From Bacteroidales bacterium (GTDB lineage: Bacteria; Bacteroidota; Bacteroidia; Bacteroidales; JAAYUG01), in contig JAAYUG010000137.1 of assembly GCA_012517825.1 (NCBI GenBank), forward strand, positions 2,941 to 66,940: a stretch of 64,000 nt of DNA, written 5' to 3'. A program made the position numbers and the translations under genes. Below the pieces are notes generated by a model. The model did not search any database. It was given only the letters and a program-made list of their open reading frames with translations, and was not told the origin of the DNA. This document shows, one piece after another, positions 55,920-64,000 of this stretch (position 1 is its first letter; each line of letters begins with the position of its first letter).

Positions 55920-56579
55920 TCAAAAACGCAGATCAATTACTTCCACATCAGGATGTTTTCGCCGGTCAAATGTGAAGAAGGAATCCGGAAGGTTTTTTTC
56001 CGATCTCACTTCTTTGAGTTTGACAAGATAGGTCTCACCATTTTTTCCTGCTGCCTCGGCTTCAGTGAGTTGGCTGGTTGTTTTATCTATGGTAAGCCGG
56101 ATACGGTAATAAGGCTTTTTCAGATCCACCGGATATAAGTCTACCCTGCAGGCATTGGTGCCGTTGACATCACCCAGATACCGGGTCTTATACTCTTTCT
56201 CATAATAGGTAAAAAGTTCGGCCGGATTATTGATAAAAAATTCATTGGATGAAGTGTCAGGAACCGAAATATTCACTTCCTTGATGGAAGGTATATATGT
56301 CCACATTACTTCTCCGTCATAGTATATTTCAGCATTTTTCTGTGAAACAAGAATCTTGAACTTGTCTTTTTTAATCCACGCCTCGCCGTTGGCTGAAAAA
56401 TTCTCCTTGGTCTGAACATTTTTAAAGGCATAGTCGTACCGGACATAAATCACATCCGATGAACGGGCAAAGTCCGATAATTTTTTCAGGATTTCCTGTG
56501 CCTTTGGATCCTGCTGCGCTGAAACGGCAAAAGGAAATAAAAGCGCAGACAAAATTAACTTAATGGTGGTGCAGTTCAT
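55920..56579 (-). CDS. lolA: LolA-like outer-membrane lipoprotein carrier/sorting protein
   Basis: Signal peptide, size (219 aa) and the conserved position directly downstream of ftsK, as in other Bacteroidota. Sequence pattern ..F...G...I....F.I......I..DG...W.Y... Confidence 0.7.
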   Translation of the reverse strand: MNCTTIKLILSALLFPFAVSAQQDPKAQEILKKLSDFARSSDVIYVRYDYAFKNVQTKENFSANGEAWIKKDKFKILVSQKNAEIYYDGEVMWTYIPSIKEVNISVPDTSSNEFFINNPAELFTYYEKEYKTRYLGDVNGTNACRVDLYPVDLKKPYYRIRLTIDKTTSQLTEAEAAGKNGETYLVKLKEVRSEKNLPDSFFTFDRRKHPDVEVIDLRF

Positions 56580-56588
56580 AAAACCTCC

Positions 56589-58931
56589 TTATCCCAGACC
56601 ACTCAAAATCTGTTCCAAAGTATTTTCATCGGCAACAAGAACTCTTCTGGCTTTGCTACCCTCATTCGGACCGACAATGCCGGCTTTTTCGAGCTGGTCC
56701 ATGATGCGGCCTGCCCGGTTGTATCCAATGGAAAACCGCCTCTGAATCAAAGAAGTTGAGCCCATCTGATGTAAAACAACCAGGTGAGCGGCTTCTTCGA
56801 ACAGGCTGTCACGCTGGCTCAGGTCAACAGTACCGGTATCCTCTCCTTCTTCCTCGCTGTGATACTCAGGAAGAAAGAAGGGAGCCGGATAACCCTGCTG
56901 GGAACCAATAAACTCACAAAGCCGCTCTGTTTCAGACGTATCTATAAAGGCACACTGAACCCTGATCATATCTCCGCCTGCTGAAACGAGCATATCACCC
57001 CGCCCTACCAACTGGTTGGCTCCGGGAGTATCGAGGATGGTCCGTGAATCAATCATGGACGAAACCTTGAACGCTATCCTGGCAGGAAAATTGGCCTTGA
57101 TAATTCCGGTAATAATATTGGTCGAAGGCCTCTGGGTAGCTATAATCAGGTGTATTCCGATTGCCCTTGCCAGCTGGGCAAGCCTGGCCAGCGGGGTTTC
57201 AATCTCGCGGCCGGCTGTCATAATCAGATCGGCAAACTCATCAATAATCAGCACAATATAGGGCAGGTACCTGTGGCCCTTTTCCGGATTAAGCCTGCGC
57301 GCCAGAAATTTAGTATTGTATTCTTTAATATTCCTTACATTGGCCATCTTCAGCAGGTCATACCGTGCTTCCATTTCGATGGTCAGCGAATGAAGCGTAT
57401 TGATGACCTTCTGGGTGTCAGTCAGAATTGGTTCTTCCGCATCGGGTAACTGGGCAAGAAAATGTTTTTCAAGCCGGGCATAAGGTGTCAGTTCAACTTT
57501 CTTCGGATCAACCAGCACAAATTTGATTTCGGCAGGATGCTTCTTATAGAGCAGCGATGTAATGATGGCATTCAAGCCTACGGACTTCCCCTGGCCAGTT
57601 GCTCCGGCCACCAGCAGATGAGGCATTTTGGCAAGATCGAGCACAAATGTTTCATTGGAGATGGTCTTTCCAAGCGCTATGGCCAGTTCGGCCCCGGATT
57701 CCTGAAATTTCCGGCTGGCCAGGATCGACTTCATCGATACAATTTCAGGCTGCTGATTTGGAACCTCAATCCCAATAGTACCCCGGCCGGGAATGGGTGC
57801 AATTATTCGTATGCCAAGTGCAGCAAGACTCAGTGCGATATCATCCTCCAGGTTCTTGATCCGCGAAATTCTTATTCCGGCCGCCGGAACAATTTCATAC
57901 AGGGTAACGGTTGGCCCTATGGTTGCTTTAATCTGATCAATCTCAATCTTGTAGTTTCGTAAGGTTTCAACAATCTTTTCCTTGTTCCTTATCAGCTCGT
58001 CGTTACTTACCTGGCTGTTTTCCGATTTATGATCGTCCAGAAGACTCAGGTCAGGAAAACGATAGCCTGAGAGTTCAGCCCTCGGGTCGAAGGGATCATA
58101 AGTTACGAGATTTTCGGGTTCAGCAGGGACAAAATCCGCAACGCCATTACCCCCCTTTTCAACAACAAGTTCAACTTCATCGGCCGTATTAGATGGTGCG
58201 GAATAAACCAGGGTAGCATTCCCTTTGTTTTCTGGTTCTCCTTCCTTTGCCGGCTTTTCAAACACAACGCTTACTGCATCCCCCTCAATCTGTTTGGTTA
58301 CATCTTCCGTCGTTTCCGTCACGGTTTCTCCTGCACCTCCTTCCGGAACGGATTCTTTCGATGGTTTCGGTCGGAACAACGACATAAACCATGCGAATGT
58401 GCCTGGAATGGTAAAAAATACAAATACGCTGTTAAGTATTACGAGCAGAATGCCTGTACCCAGCAATCCCAGAAAAGCGATAAGCCATCGGCTGATAAAC
58501 CATCCATAGGCGCCTCCCGGCCCGCTGCCAAGAAAAACCGGATTACTGCCCGACAAATATCCCAGCGTTACCGACAGCAGAATGACGGCAATCAGAGTGA
58601 TCTTGAATGTTTTCCAGAGGGGCAGCAGGCGCACACCCAGTAATCGCACTCCTGCCACAAACAAAAGAAAAGGAAAACCAAGGGAAGCTATTCCAAACCA
58701 CTTGTTCATCAGCAAAGCAGCCAGCCATGCCCCGGCTTTGCCTCCTAAGTTCTCAACGGTTACATCCGGCCCGCTGAATAACATTTGCCACTCAAAACTC
58801 TGATCGGCTTTCCAGCTAAAGAAATATGATAAAACGGCAGTAAAAACATATAACGACAATCCGGTTACCAGCAGACCCAATGCAATCTTCCAGCGCTCAT
58901 CGAATTTTCTTTTTCCTGATTTCTTTCCCAT
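56589..58931 (-). CDS. ftsK: DNA translocase FtsK/SpoIIIE
   Basis: Four N-terminal TMs, a linker, the motor domain with Walker A GATGQGKS and Walker B LIIDEFADL, and a C-terminal gamma winged-helix (..ASTS.IQRRF.IGYNRAGRIMDQLE..). Confidence 0.95.
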   Translation of the reverse strand: MGKKSGKRKFDERWKIALGLLVTGLSLYVFTAVLSYFFSWKADQSFEWQMLFSGPDVTVENLGGKAGAWLAALLMNKWFGIASLGFPFLLFVAGVRLLGVRLLPLWKTFKITLIAVILLSVTLGYLSGSNPVFLGSGPGGAYGWFISRWLIAFLGLLGTGILLVILNSVFVFFTIPGTFAWFMSLFRPKPSKESVPEGGAGETVTETTEDVTKQIEGDAVSVVFEKPAKEGEPENKGNATLVYSAPSNTADEVELVVEKGGNGVADFVPAEPENLVTYDPFDPRAELSGYRFPDLSLLDDHKSENSQVSNDELIRNKEKIVETLRNYKIEIDQIKATIGPTVTLYEIVPAAGIRISRIKNLEDDIALSLAALGIRIIAPIPGRGTIGIEVPNQQPEIVSMKSILASRKFQESGAELAIALGKTISNETFVLDLAKMPHLLVAGATGQGKSVGLNAIITSLLYKKHPAEIKFVLVDPKKVELTPYARLEKHFLAQLPDAEEPILTDTQKVINTLHSLTIEMEARYDLLKMANVRNIKEYNTKFLARRLNPEKGHRYLPYIVLIIDEFADLIMTAGREIETPLARLAQLARAIGIHLIIATQRPSTNIITGIIKANFPARIAFKVSSMIDSRTILDTPGANQLVGRGDMLVSAGGDMIRVQCAFIDTSETERLCEFIGSQQGYPAPFFLPEYHSEEEGEDTGTVDLSQRDSLFEEAAHLVVLHQMGSTSLIQRRFSIGYNRAGRIMDQLEKAGIVGPNEGSKARRVLVADENTLEQILSGLG

Positions 58932-59148
58932 GATGATTATAAAACAGCCTGATACATGATTTAATTAAATTTTCCTAAACCTAACAGCATTGATTTCAGA
59001 AATTTCCCGGCACTGTGCCTCGATTTCTAATCGGGATCAAAGGTACAAATCAATTTTATTCTGAAACAAGTGCTTCAAAAATAGAACAGAATTTCCTTCG
59101 TTTTGCTTAGGCAAATGATGTCCCGGACCAAACCGAACAGCTGAATTG

Positions 59149-59841
59149 CTATTCCATCAGAGCCGAAATAATTTTCTCCATCCTGATTCTCGTAATGGGA
59201 ACAAATTCTTCTTTTACCGAAAAAGCTGAACGGGGCATGTTCTTTTTTCTCACTTCATCAGCAATAAAATGCATTTTCAGCTTTTGCAGTTCCAGGTCGA
59301 ATTCCATCAGCATCCCGTCCACCGGCTCAAAAGGCGACAGCCTATTGGCAAAGGCAGGTCCGATTTCGGATGAATACCATATATCAACTGAATCGCCCGG
59401 GTAGTTTCCATATGTAACAAGGGCTCTTGAGCACTCGTAACCCGCAATGGTTTTTCGCTCCGGATAAAAGGTAATCCGCAAACCTTCATAAGGATTAAAA
59501 CAACAACCATAATCCCCCGGAGGTGCCGTGTACCTGAACCGGTTGTCCATTACGCGCAGAAGGGTGGTATTTGTATTGTTCCGTAAATCAGAAATATTGG
59601 TAATCATAAACATTCCGAAGAATCCTTCCATCGAACTGCTCACCATGTCCTTTCTGAACTTTCTCACCATTTTCTTCGGCAGTAATGAGGTCGATACCGT
59701 TGTCATTGAATTTTCAAGGTAAACAATATTATAGACGATTTCTCCTTCTGTAATTTTCTCTTTCCCGGGCTTCGGTTTGCAGGAATATTGCAACACCATA
59801 ATAAACGAAACAGAAAAAACCACAAGGTTTCGTTTCTTCAT
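59149..59841 (-). CDS. Hypothetical lipoprotein (distant GLPGLI-family resemblance)
   Basis: Lipobox-like signal MKKRNLVVFSVSFIMVLQYSCKP from ATG 59841. ..KTIAGYECSRALV...DIWYSSEIGP... resembles GLPGLI-family proteins but lacks the eponymous motif. Confidence 0.5.
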   Translation of the reverse strand: MKKRNLVVFSVSFIMVLQYSCKPKPGKEKITEGEIVYNIVYLENSMTTVSTSLLPKKMVRKFRKDMVSSSMEGFFGMFMITNISDLRNNTNTTLLRVMDNRFRYTAPPGDYGCCFNPYEGLRITFYPERKTIAGYECSRALVTYGNYPGDSVDIWYSSEIGPAFANRLSPFEPVDGMLMEFDLELQKLKMHFIADEVRKKNMPRSAFSVKEEFVPITRIRMEKIISALME

Positions 59842-60178
59842 CAAAGTATCAATTCTGGCAGGTACAATTCTCATACAAAAACTATCCACATTGCACATAT
59901 TCAAAGCAGGAACCAGCCATTTCCACCCCCTTTTTCCACGACTGATACCGGAAAAAATTCCGGTATTGGTCCCCTCATTCAGCTAGTAAATGTAATGATT
60001 CTCTTTCAACGCAGACAAACATGTACTGAAATTCTGTCAAACAATAAAAAAATGTTCCCAATTGAAGGTGTAAAATTTCTCTTAAAATATCTATCTCTGC
60101 ATGTGTTGCATAACAATTTTGAAGATACGGTTTACATAAAGGCATTTCATTAGCTTTGGCGAACAAAAATGATGATTT

Positions 60179-61135
60179 ATGAGCCAGCTGGCAGTTGTTG
60201 CTTTAGGAGGAAATGCCATTCAACGTGGTGATCAGGCCGGGACGATTGATGAACAGGAAGAGAATACCACCAGAACGTTGGAGAATCTTGTTTTCCTGAT
60301 CCGGCAGGGATACCAGCTTGTGATTACCCACGGTAACGGGCCGCAGGTAGGGAACATTCTTCTCCGAAATGATGCAGGAGAAGCCATGTATGGTATTCCC
60401 CAGATGCCGGTCGATATTTGCGTAGCTGATTCCCAGGGAGGAATCGGATACATGGTCGAACGTATGCTTCGTAATGTGCTTCACAAGCATAATCTTCACC
60501 GCGAAATAGTTACCCTGGTAACATTAACGATGGTTGACAGGAATGACCCGGCTTTCAGTAACCCAACCAAGCGCATAGGAAAGCTATGTACGCGAGAAGA
60601 AGCTGAACGCCTTTCCAAAGAAAAAGGCTGGATTTTTAAAGAAGAAATGAAGGCCGGCAACGGCTTCCGGCGGGTTGTTCCTTCACCGGAGCCATTAAAA
60701 ATCATGAATTCAGGAGTTGTTGAATACATGGCCCGACAGGGCACCATAGTGATTGCTGCCGGCGGCGGCGGAGTTCCGGTTTACCTCGATGAAAAAGGTG
60801 ATGTTCGTCCGGCTGAAGTGGTCATCGACAAGGACCTGGCGTCCTCCCTTCTGGCCACAAGCATTCGCGCCAGCGAATTCTATATTCTTACCGACGTGCC
60901 GTATGTGTATATCAATTACCGCCAGCCGGATGAAAAGGCCGTCGAATTTCTCGATTTCGCCGATACAGAAAAATACCTTGCCAAAGGAATGTTCGGCGAA
61001 GGAAATATGGCTCCCAAAATCAGGGCATGCCTGAACTTTATCAGACAGGGTGGCCGAAAAGCCGTAATTACTGAGGCATTCAAACTGGAAGACAAACGTT
61101 ACGGAACCAAAATAACAATGCATTATGAGGATTGA
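60179..61135 (+). CDS. arcC: Carbamate kinase
   Basis: VVALGGNA...VITHGNGPQVG...AAGGGGVPV... are classic carbamate kinase motifs; 318 aa. Confidence 0.93.
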   Translation: MSQLAVVALGGNAIQRGDQAGTIDEQEENTTRTLENLVFLIRQGYQLVITHGNGPQVGNILLRNDAGEAMYGIPQMPVDICVADSQGGIGYMVERMLRNVLHKHNLHREIVTLVTLTMVDRNDPAFSNPTKRIGKLCTREEAERLSKEKGWIFKEEMKAGNGFRRVVPSPEPLKIMNSGVVEYMARQGTIVIAAGGGGVPVYLDEKGDVRPAEVVIDKDLASSLLATSIRASEFYILTDVPYVYINYRQPDEKAVEFLDFADTEKYLAKGMFGEGNMAPKIRACLNFIRQGGRKAVITEAFKLEDKRYGTKITMHYED

Positions 61136-61189
61136 ACTATTTTATCTAACTTCGCCAATTCATGTTATATAACATAAAATTATTTCCAT

Positions 61190-62191
61190 ATGCCGTTCAA
61201 TCTTAAAAATCGCAGTTTTCTCAAACTGCTTGACTTTACGCCCGAAGAAATTAACTACTTACTGCAACTGGCTTCTGATTTGAAGAGAGCGAAATATGCC
61301 GGTACAGAAAGACCAATGCTGACAGGAAAAAACATTGCCCTGATATTTGAAAAAACCTCAACACGTACCCGGTGTGCATTTGAGGTTGCTGCTCACGACC
61401 AGGGTGCCCATGTTACCTATATCGACCCTGTTTCCTCACAGATAGGACATAAAGAATCGATGAAAGATACGGCAAGGGTTCTTGGCAGAATGTATGACGG
61501 TATTGAATACCGCGGATATGGCCAGGAAATTGTGGAAACGCTGGCCCGTTATGCCGGCGTCCCGGTGTGGAACGGACTTACCAATGAGTTTCATCCCACC
61601 CAGGTACTGGCCGACCTTTTGACCATAATGGAACATACTGACAAGCCGCTGAACCAGGTTTCCTTTTGTTATCTGGGCGATGCACGAAACAATATGGGAA
61701 ATTCACTTCTGGTAGGCTGCACCAAAATGGGAATGGATTTCCGGTCTGCTGCCCCAAAAGCATGCCAGCAATCGGATGAACTTCAGAAAACATGCAAAGA
61801 AATTGCTAAGGAAACCGGTGCACGCATTACCATCACCGATGATCTGGAAAAAGCCGTAAAAGGAGCAGATTTTCTTTATACCGACGTATGGGTATCAATG
61901 GGTGAACCGGAAAGCGTATGGGAAGAAAGAATAAAACTGCTGTCACCCTACCAGGTAAACAAAAAGGTTCTGGAACTTACCGGAAATCCGAAAGTAAAGT
62001 TTCTCCACTGCCTGCCGGCCTTCCACAACCGCGAAACAAAAGTGGGAGAACAGATTTACCGCAAATTCGGACTCGAATCGATGGAAGTTACCGACGAAGT
62101 ATTTGAATCACCCGCCTCCATCGTTTGGGATGAAGCCGAAAATCGTGTTCATACCATAAAAGCCGTGATGGTAGCTACCCTCAGAGGATAA
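61190..62191 (+). CDS. argF: Ornithine carbamoyltransferase (canonical ArgF/ArgI/ArcB type)
   Basis: [27 protein letters not shown] and HCLPAFH motifs. From memory, collinear and highly similar to enterobacterial ArgI along its whole length. Confidence 0.93.
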   Translation: MPFNLKNRSFLKLLDFTPEEINYLLQLASDLKRAKYAGTERPMLTGKNIALIFEKTSTRTRCAFEVAAHDQGAHVTYIDPVSSQIGHKESMKDTARVLGRMYDGIEYRGYGQEIVETLARYAGVPVWNGLTNEFHPTQVLADLLTIMEHTDKPLNQVSFCYLGDARNNMGNSLLVGCTKMGMDFRSAAPKACQQSDELQKTCKEIAKETGARITITDDLEKAVKGADFLYTDVWVSMGEPESVWEERIKLLSPYQVNKKVLELTGNPKVKFLHCLPAFHNRETKVGEQIYRKFGLESMEVTDEVFESPASIVWDEAENRVHTIKAVMVATLRG

Positions 62192-62663
62192 GTTCGCGGA
62201 AAAAATAATAGGCCATCGTAAGGCTGACGCCGAGCTTCAGGCCTGTGCTGAGGAGAAAACCGATGAAAGAACCGAGTCCGGCTTTTAATGCTGGTCCGGA
62301 TTCTTTCCCTGCAATTATTTCTCCCAACACTGCACCAATAAAGGGACCGACGATAATTCCAACGGGCGGAAAGAAAAAAATCCCGGCAAAAATGCCGATG
62401 GTAGCTCCCCACATGCCTGCCTTACTGCCCCCAAACTTTTTTGTGCCCCATACCGGTATAATATAATCCAGAACCGTTACCGCAATTGCAAGGCATGCCA
62501 TAACAATAAGAAACGCAGCACTGAACTGGGCAAACCGGGTCCAGTGCAACAGCAGCAAACCGGCCCAGCTCAATGGAGGACCCGGAATAACAGGAAGAAT
62601 ACAACCAGCAATACCCGCCAGAATAAATACAATACCAAGAATTGCAAGCAACCAGTCGGCCAT
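62181..62663 (-). CDS. DUF456-family membrane protein
   Basis: ..[16 protein letters not shown]... and ..[16 protein letters not shown].....[14 protein letters not shown].. Start set to ATG 62663. The 3' end overlaps the OTCase gene by 11 nt (convergent). Confidence 0.75.
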   Translation of the reverse strand: MADWLLAILGIVFILAGIAGCILPVIPGPPLSWAGLLLLHWTRFAQFSAAFLIVMACLAIAVTVLDYIIPVWGTKKFGGSKAGMWGATIGIFAGIFFFPPVGIIVGPFIGAVLGEIIAGKESGPALKAGLGSFIGFLLSTGLKLGVSLTMAYYFFRELIL

Positions 62664-62747
62664 AAAACAAAAATGGATGAGTGACCTAAAAATCAAAAAT
62701 CGTTAAAACAGGCAAAATAAACAAGAGCCTCCCCAAAGTCTGTCCGA

Positions 62748-62942
62748 TCACTGGTTTCCCGATACCGGAAAAGGAATTTTTCTCCTCTCGTCTTTTTTCT
62801 TAATCTGTCTGCAGGAACCTGAAAGTCCGCACGAAATACATCCCTGCTTTTCCGGAGGGGCAGTCCAAATCCTTACCAGCTGGAATATGGTGTATCCTGC
62901 TGCTGCAAGGACAATTACAAGGGTAAGTATATTTTGTACCAT
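62748..62942 (-). CDS. FeoB-associated Cys-rich small membrane protein
   Basis: 64 aa with one TM and then GCISCGLSGSC. Lies immediately downstream of feoB, as is typical for this family. Confidence 0.7.
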   Translation of the reverse strand: MVQNILTLVIVLAAAGYTIFQLVRIWTAPPEKQGCISCGLSGSCRQIKKKDERRKIPFPVSGNQ

Positions 62943-62960
62943 CGTACCCGAGAGTTATGT

Positions 62961-64000
62961 TTATGATATAAAAAACTGTCCGGCCAGGTGAACTGTATAT
63001 GCCACCAGCCAGGCCAGAATGGTGGTATAAGTTACGGAAAGTGCAGCCCACTTCCAGCTTCCTGATTCATTGCGTATGGCCGCAACCGTAGCAACACAGG
63101 GAAAATAGATCAAAACAAACACCATCAAGGTTAGTGCTGAAAGAGGCGTAAACAATGGCTGTCCTGCATGAGGCCCCTCAGTCCATACCGCCTCTTTTAA
63201 CTTTTCATTCAGCGAAGCATTCGTACCGGCATTGTCACCGGCAAACAGTATTCCCATCGTACTGACGATGACCTCTTTAGCCACCACGCCGCTGATAAGG
63301 CATACCCCTATCCTCCAATCAAACCCCAGAGGGGTAAGAACCGGTTCAATCCATTTGCCCGCCCTGCCGATAATGCTGAACTGCTGGTTCTCCGTAACCA
63401 TCTGACTGTGAATCTCATTAAGTTTTGCATTCATCTTCTGAAGCAGTTCCTCCGGAGCATTCTGACGATCCTGCTGCATCTTTTCCATTCTCACCTTGTC
63501 AGCCTGAGCGGCATAATCTTTTTTGTAAACAGATGGCCGGGGAAAATTACTCATAGCCCATATCAGAATGGAGGCAACAAGAATTACTGTTCCCATTTTT
63601 TTCAGGTACTGTCCCCCCCTGTTCCACATGTGTTTCAACAGGGCACGGGTAGTAGGCATCCGGTAAGGCGGCAGTTCCATCACAAAAGGAACTCCTTTCC
63701 CCCTGAAGAAAATTCCTTTAAAAATAAGGGCTGTAATCACCGCGAGAAGAATCCCTGTAAGATACAAACCAAACAAAACCCAGCCGGCATGGTGCGGGAA
63801 AAACAATCCACTCAACAAAATGTACACAGGTAAGCGGGCACTGCACGACATAAACGGATTGATGAGCATGGTCAGCAATCTGTCGTTCCGGTTTTCGATG
63901 GTCCGCGTTGCCATAATGGCAGGTACATTGCAACCAAACCCCATTATGAGCGGAATAAACGACTTCCCGTGCAGACCGATGGGATGCATTACCCGATCCA
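62961..64000 (-). CDS. feoB: Ferrous iron transporter FeoB, C-terminal membrane portion (5' part beyond the right window edge)
   Basis: ..IPLIMGFGCNVPAIMATRTIENRNDRLLTMLINPFMSCSARLPVY.. is the FeoB gate/core region. The frame stays open to the window edge. Confidence 0.9.
   Translation of the reverse strand, partial: DRVMHPIGLHGKSFIPLIMGFGCNVPAIMATRTIENRNDRLLTMLINPFMSCSARLPVYILLSGLFFPHHAGWVLFGLYLTGILLAVITALIFKGIFFRGKGVPFVMELPPYRMPTTRALLKHMWNRGGQYLKKMGTVILVASILIWAMSNFPRPSVYKKDYAAQADKVRMEKMQQDRQNAPEELLQKMNAKLNEIHSQMVTENQQFSIIGRAGKWIEPVLTPLGFDWRIGVCLISGVVAKEVIVSTMGILFAGDNAGTNASLNEKLKEAVWTEGPHAGQPLFTPLSALTLMVFVLIYFPCVATVAAIRNESGSWKWAALSVTYTTILAWLVAYTVHLAGQFFIS

Overview
This 64-kb window looks like core chromosome of a Bacteroidota genome, probably an anaerobic Bacteroidales-like organism. 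Supporting signs: start codons lack Shine-Dalgarno sequences, TAnnTTTG-type -7 boxes occur, one TonB-dependent receptor carries a CarboxypepD_reg domain, and ftsK-lolA and lptE-TPR-secG-groESL are syntenic. All family calls come from reading the translated ORFs by eye; no BLAST or HMM search was possible. I call about 58 protein genes at high coding density. I found no rRNA, tRNA, CRISPR array, transposase, integrase or phage gene. Content is mostly housekeeping: tamB-exbB-exbD-tonB, tsaD, dnaN, htpG, pyk, mgsA, mltG, kdsB, secG, groES/EL, mutS2, ftsK, lolA, arcC plus an OTCase, and feoB. The only clearly accessory element is a small AT-rich mazEF toxin-antitoxin islet (14.1-14.7 kb). Two genes are disrupted: a hybrid sensor histidine kinase with a single in-frame TAG (41557-41559), and a SAM-methyltransferase with a 1-nt frameshift in an A-run (about 52155-52163). 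I see no obvious defence island. The best candidates for something undescribed are three. (1) A sigma-54-type -24/-12 element, also a perfect palindrome, sits in front of groES-groEL. A weaker copy lies in front of htpG. Directly upstream is a tight operon that begins with an input-domain-less sigma-54 activator (bEBP-lptE-TPR-secG). (2) A SiaB/SiaC-like partner-switch pair is split across 19 kb: a DUF1987 protein at 7.2 kb and a tandem-duplicated SiaB-like pseudo-kinase at 26.7 kb. No SiaA phosphatase or diguanylate cyclase is visible. (3) A single-polypeptide FakA(Dak2)-DegV fusion, preceded by a structured 260-bp leader. All three are hypotheses from sequence reading only.
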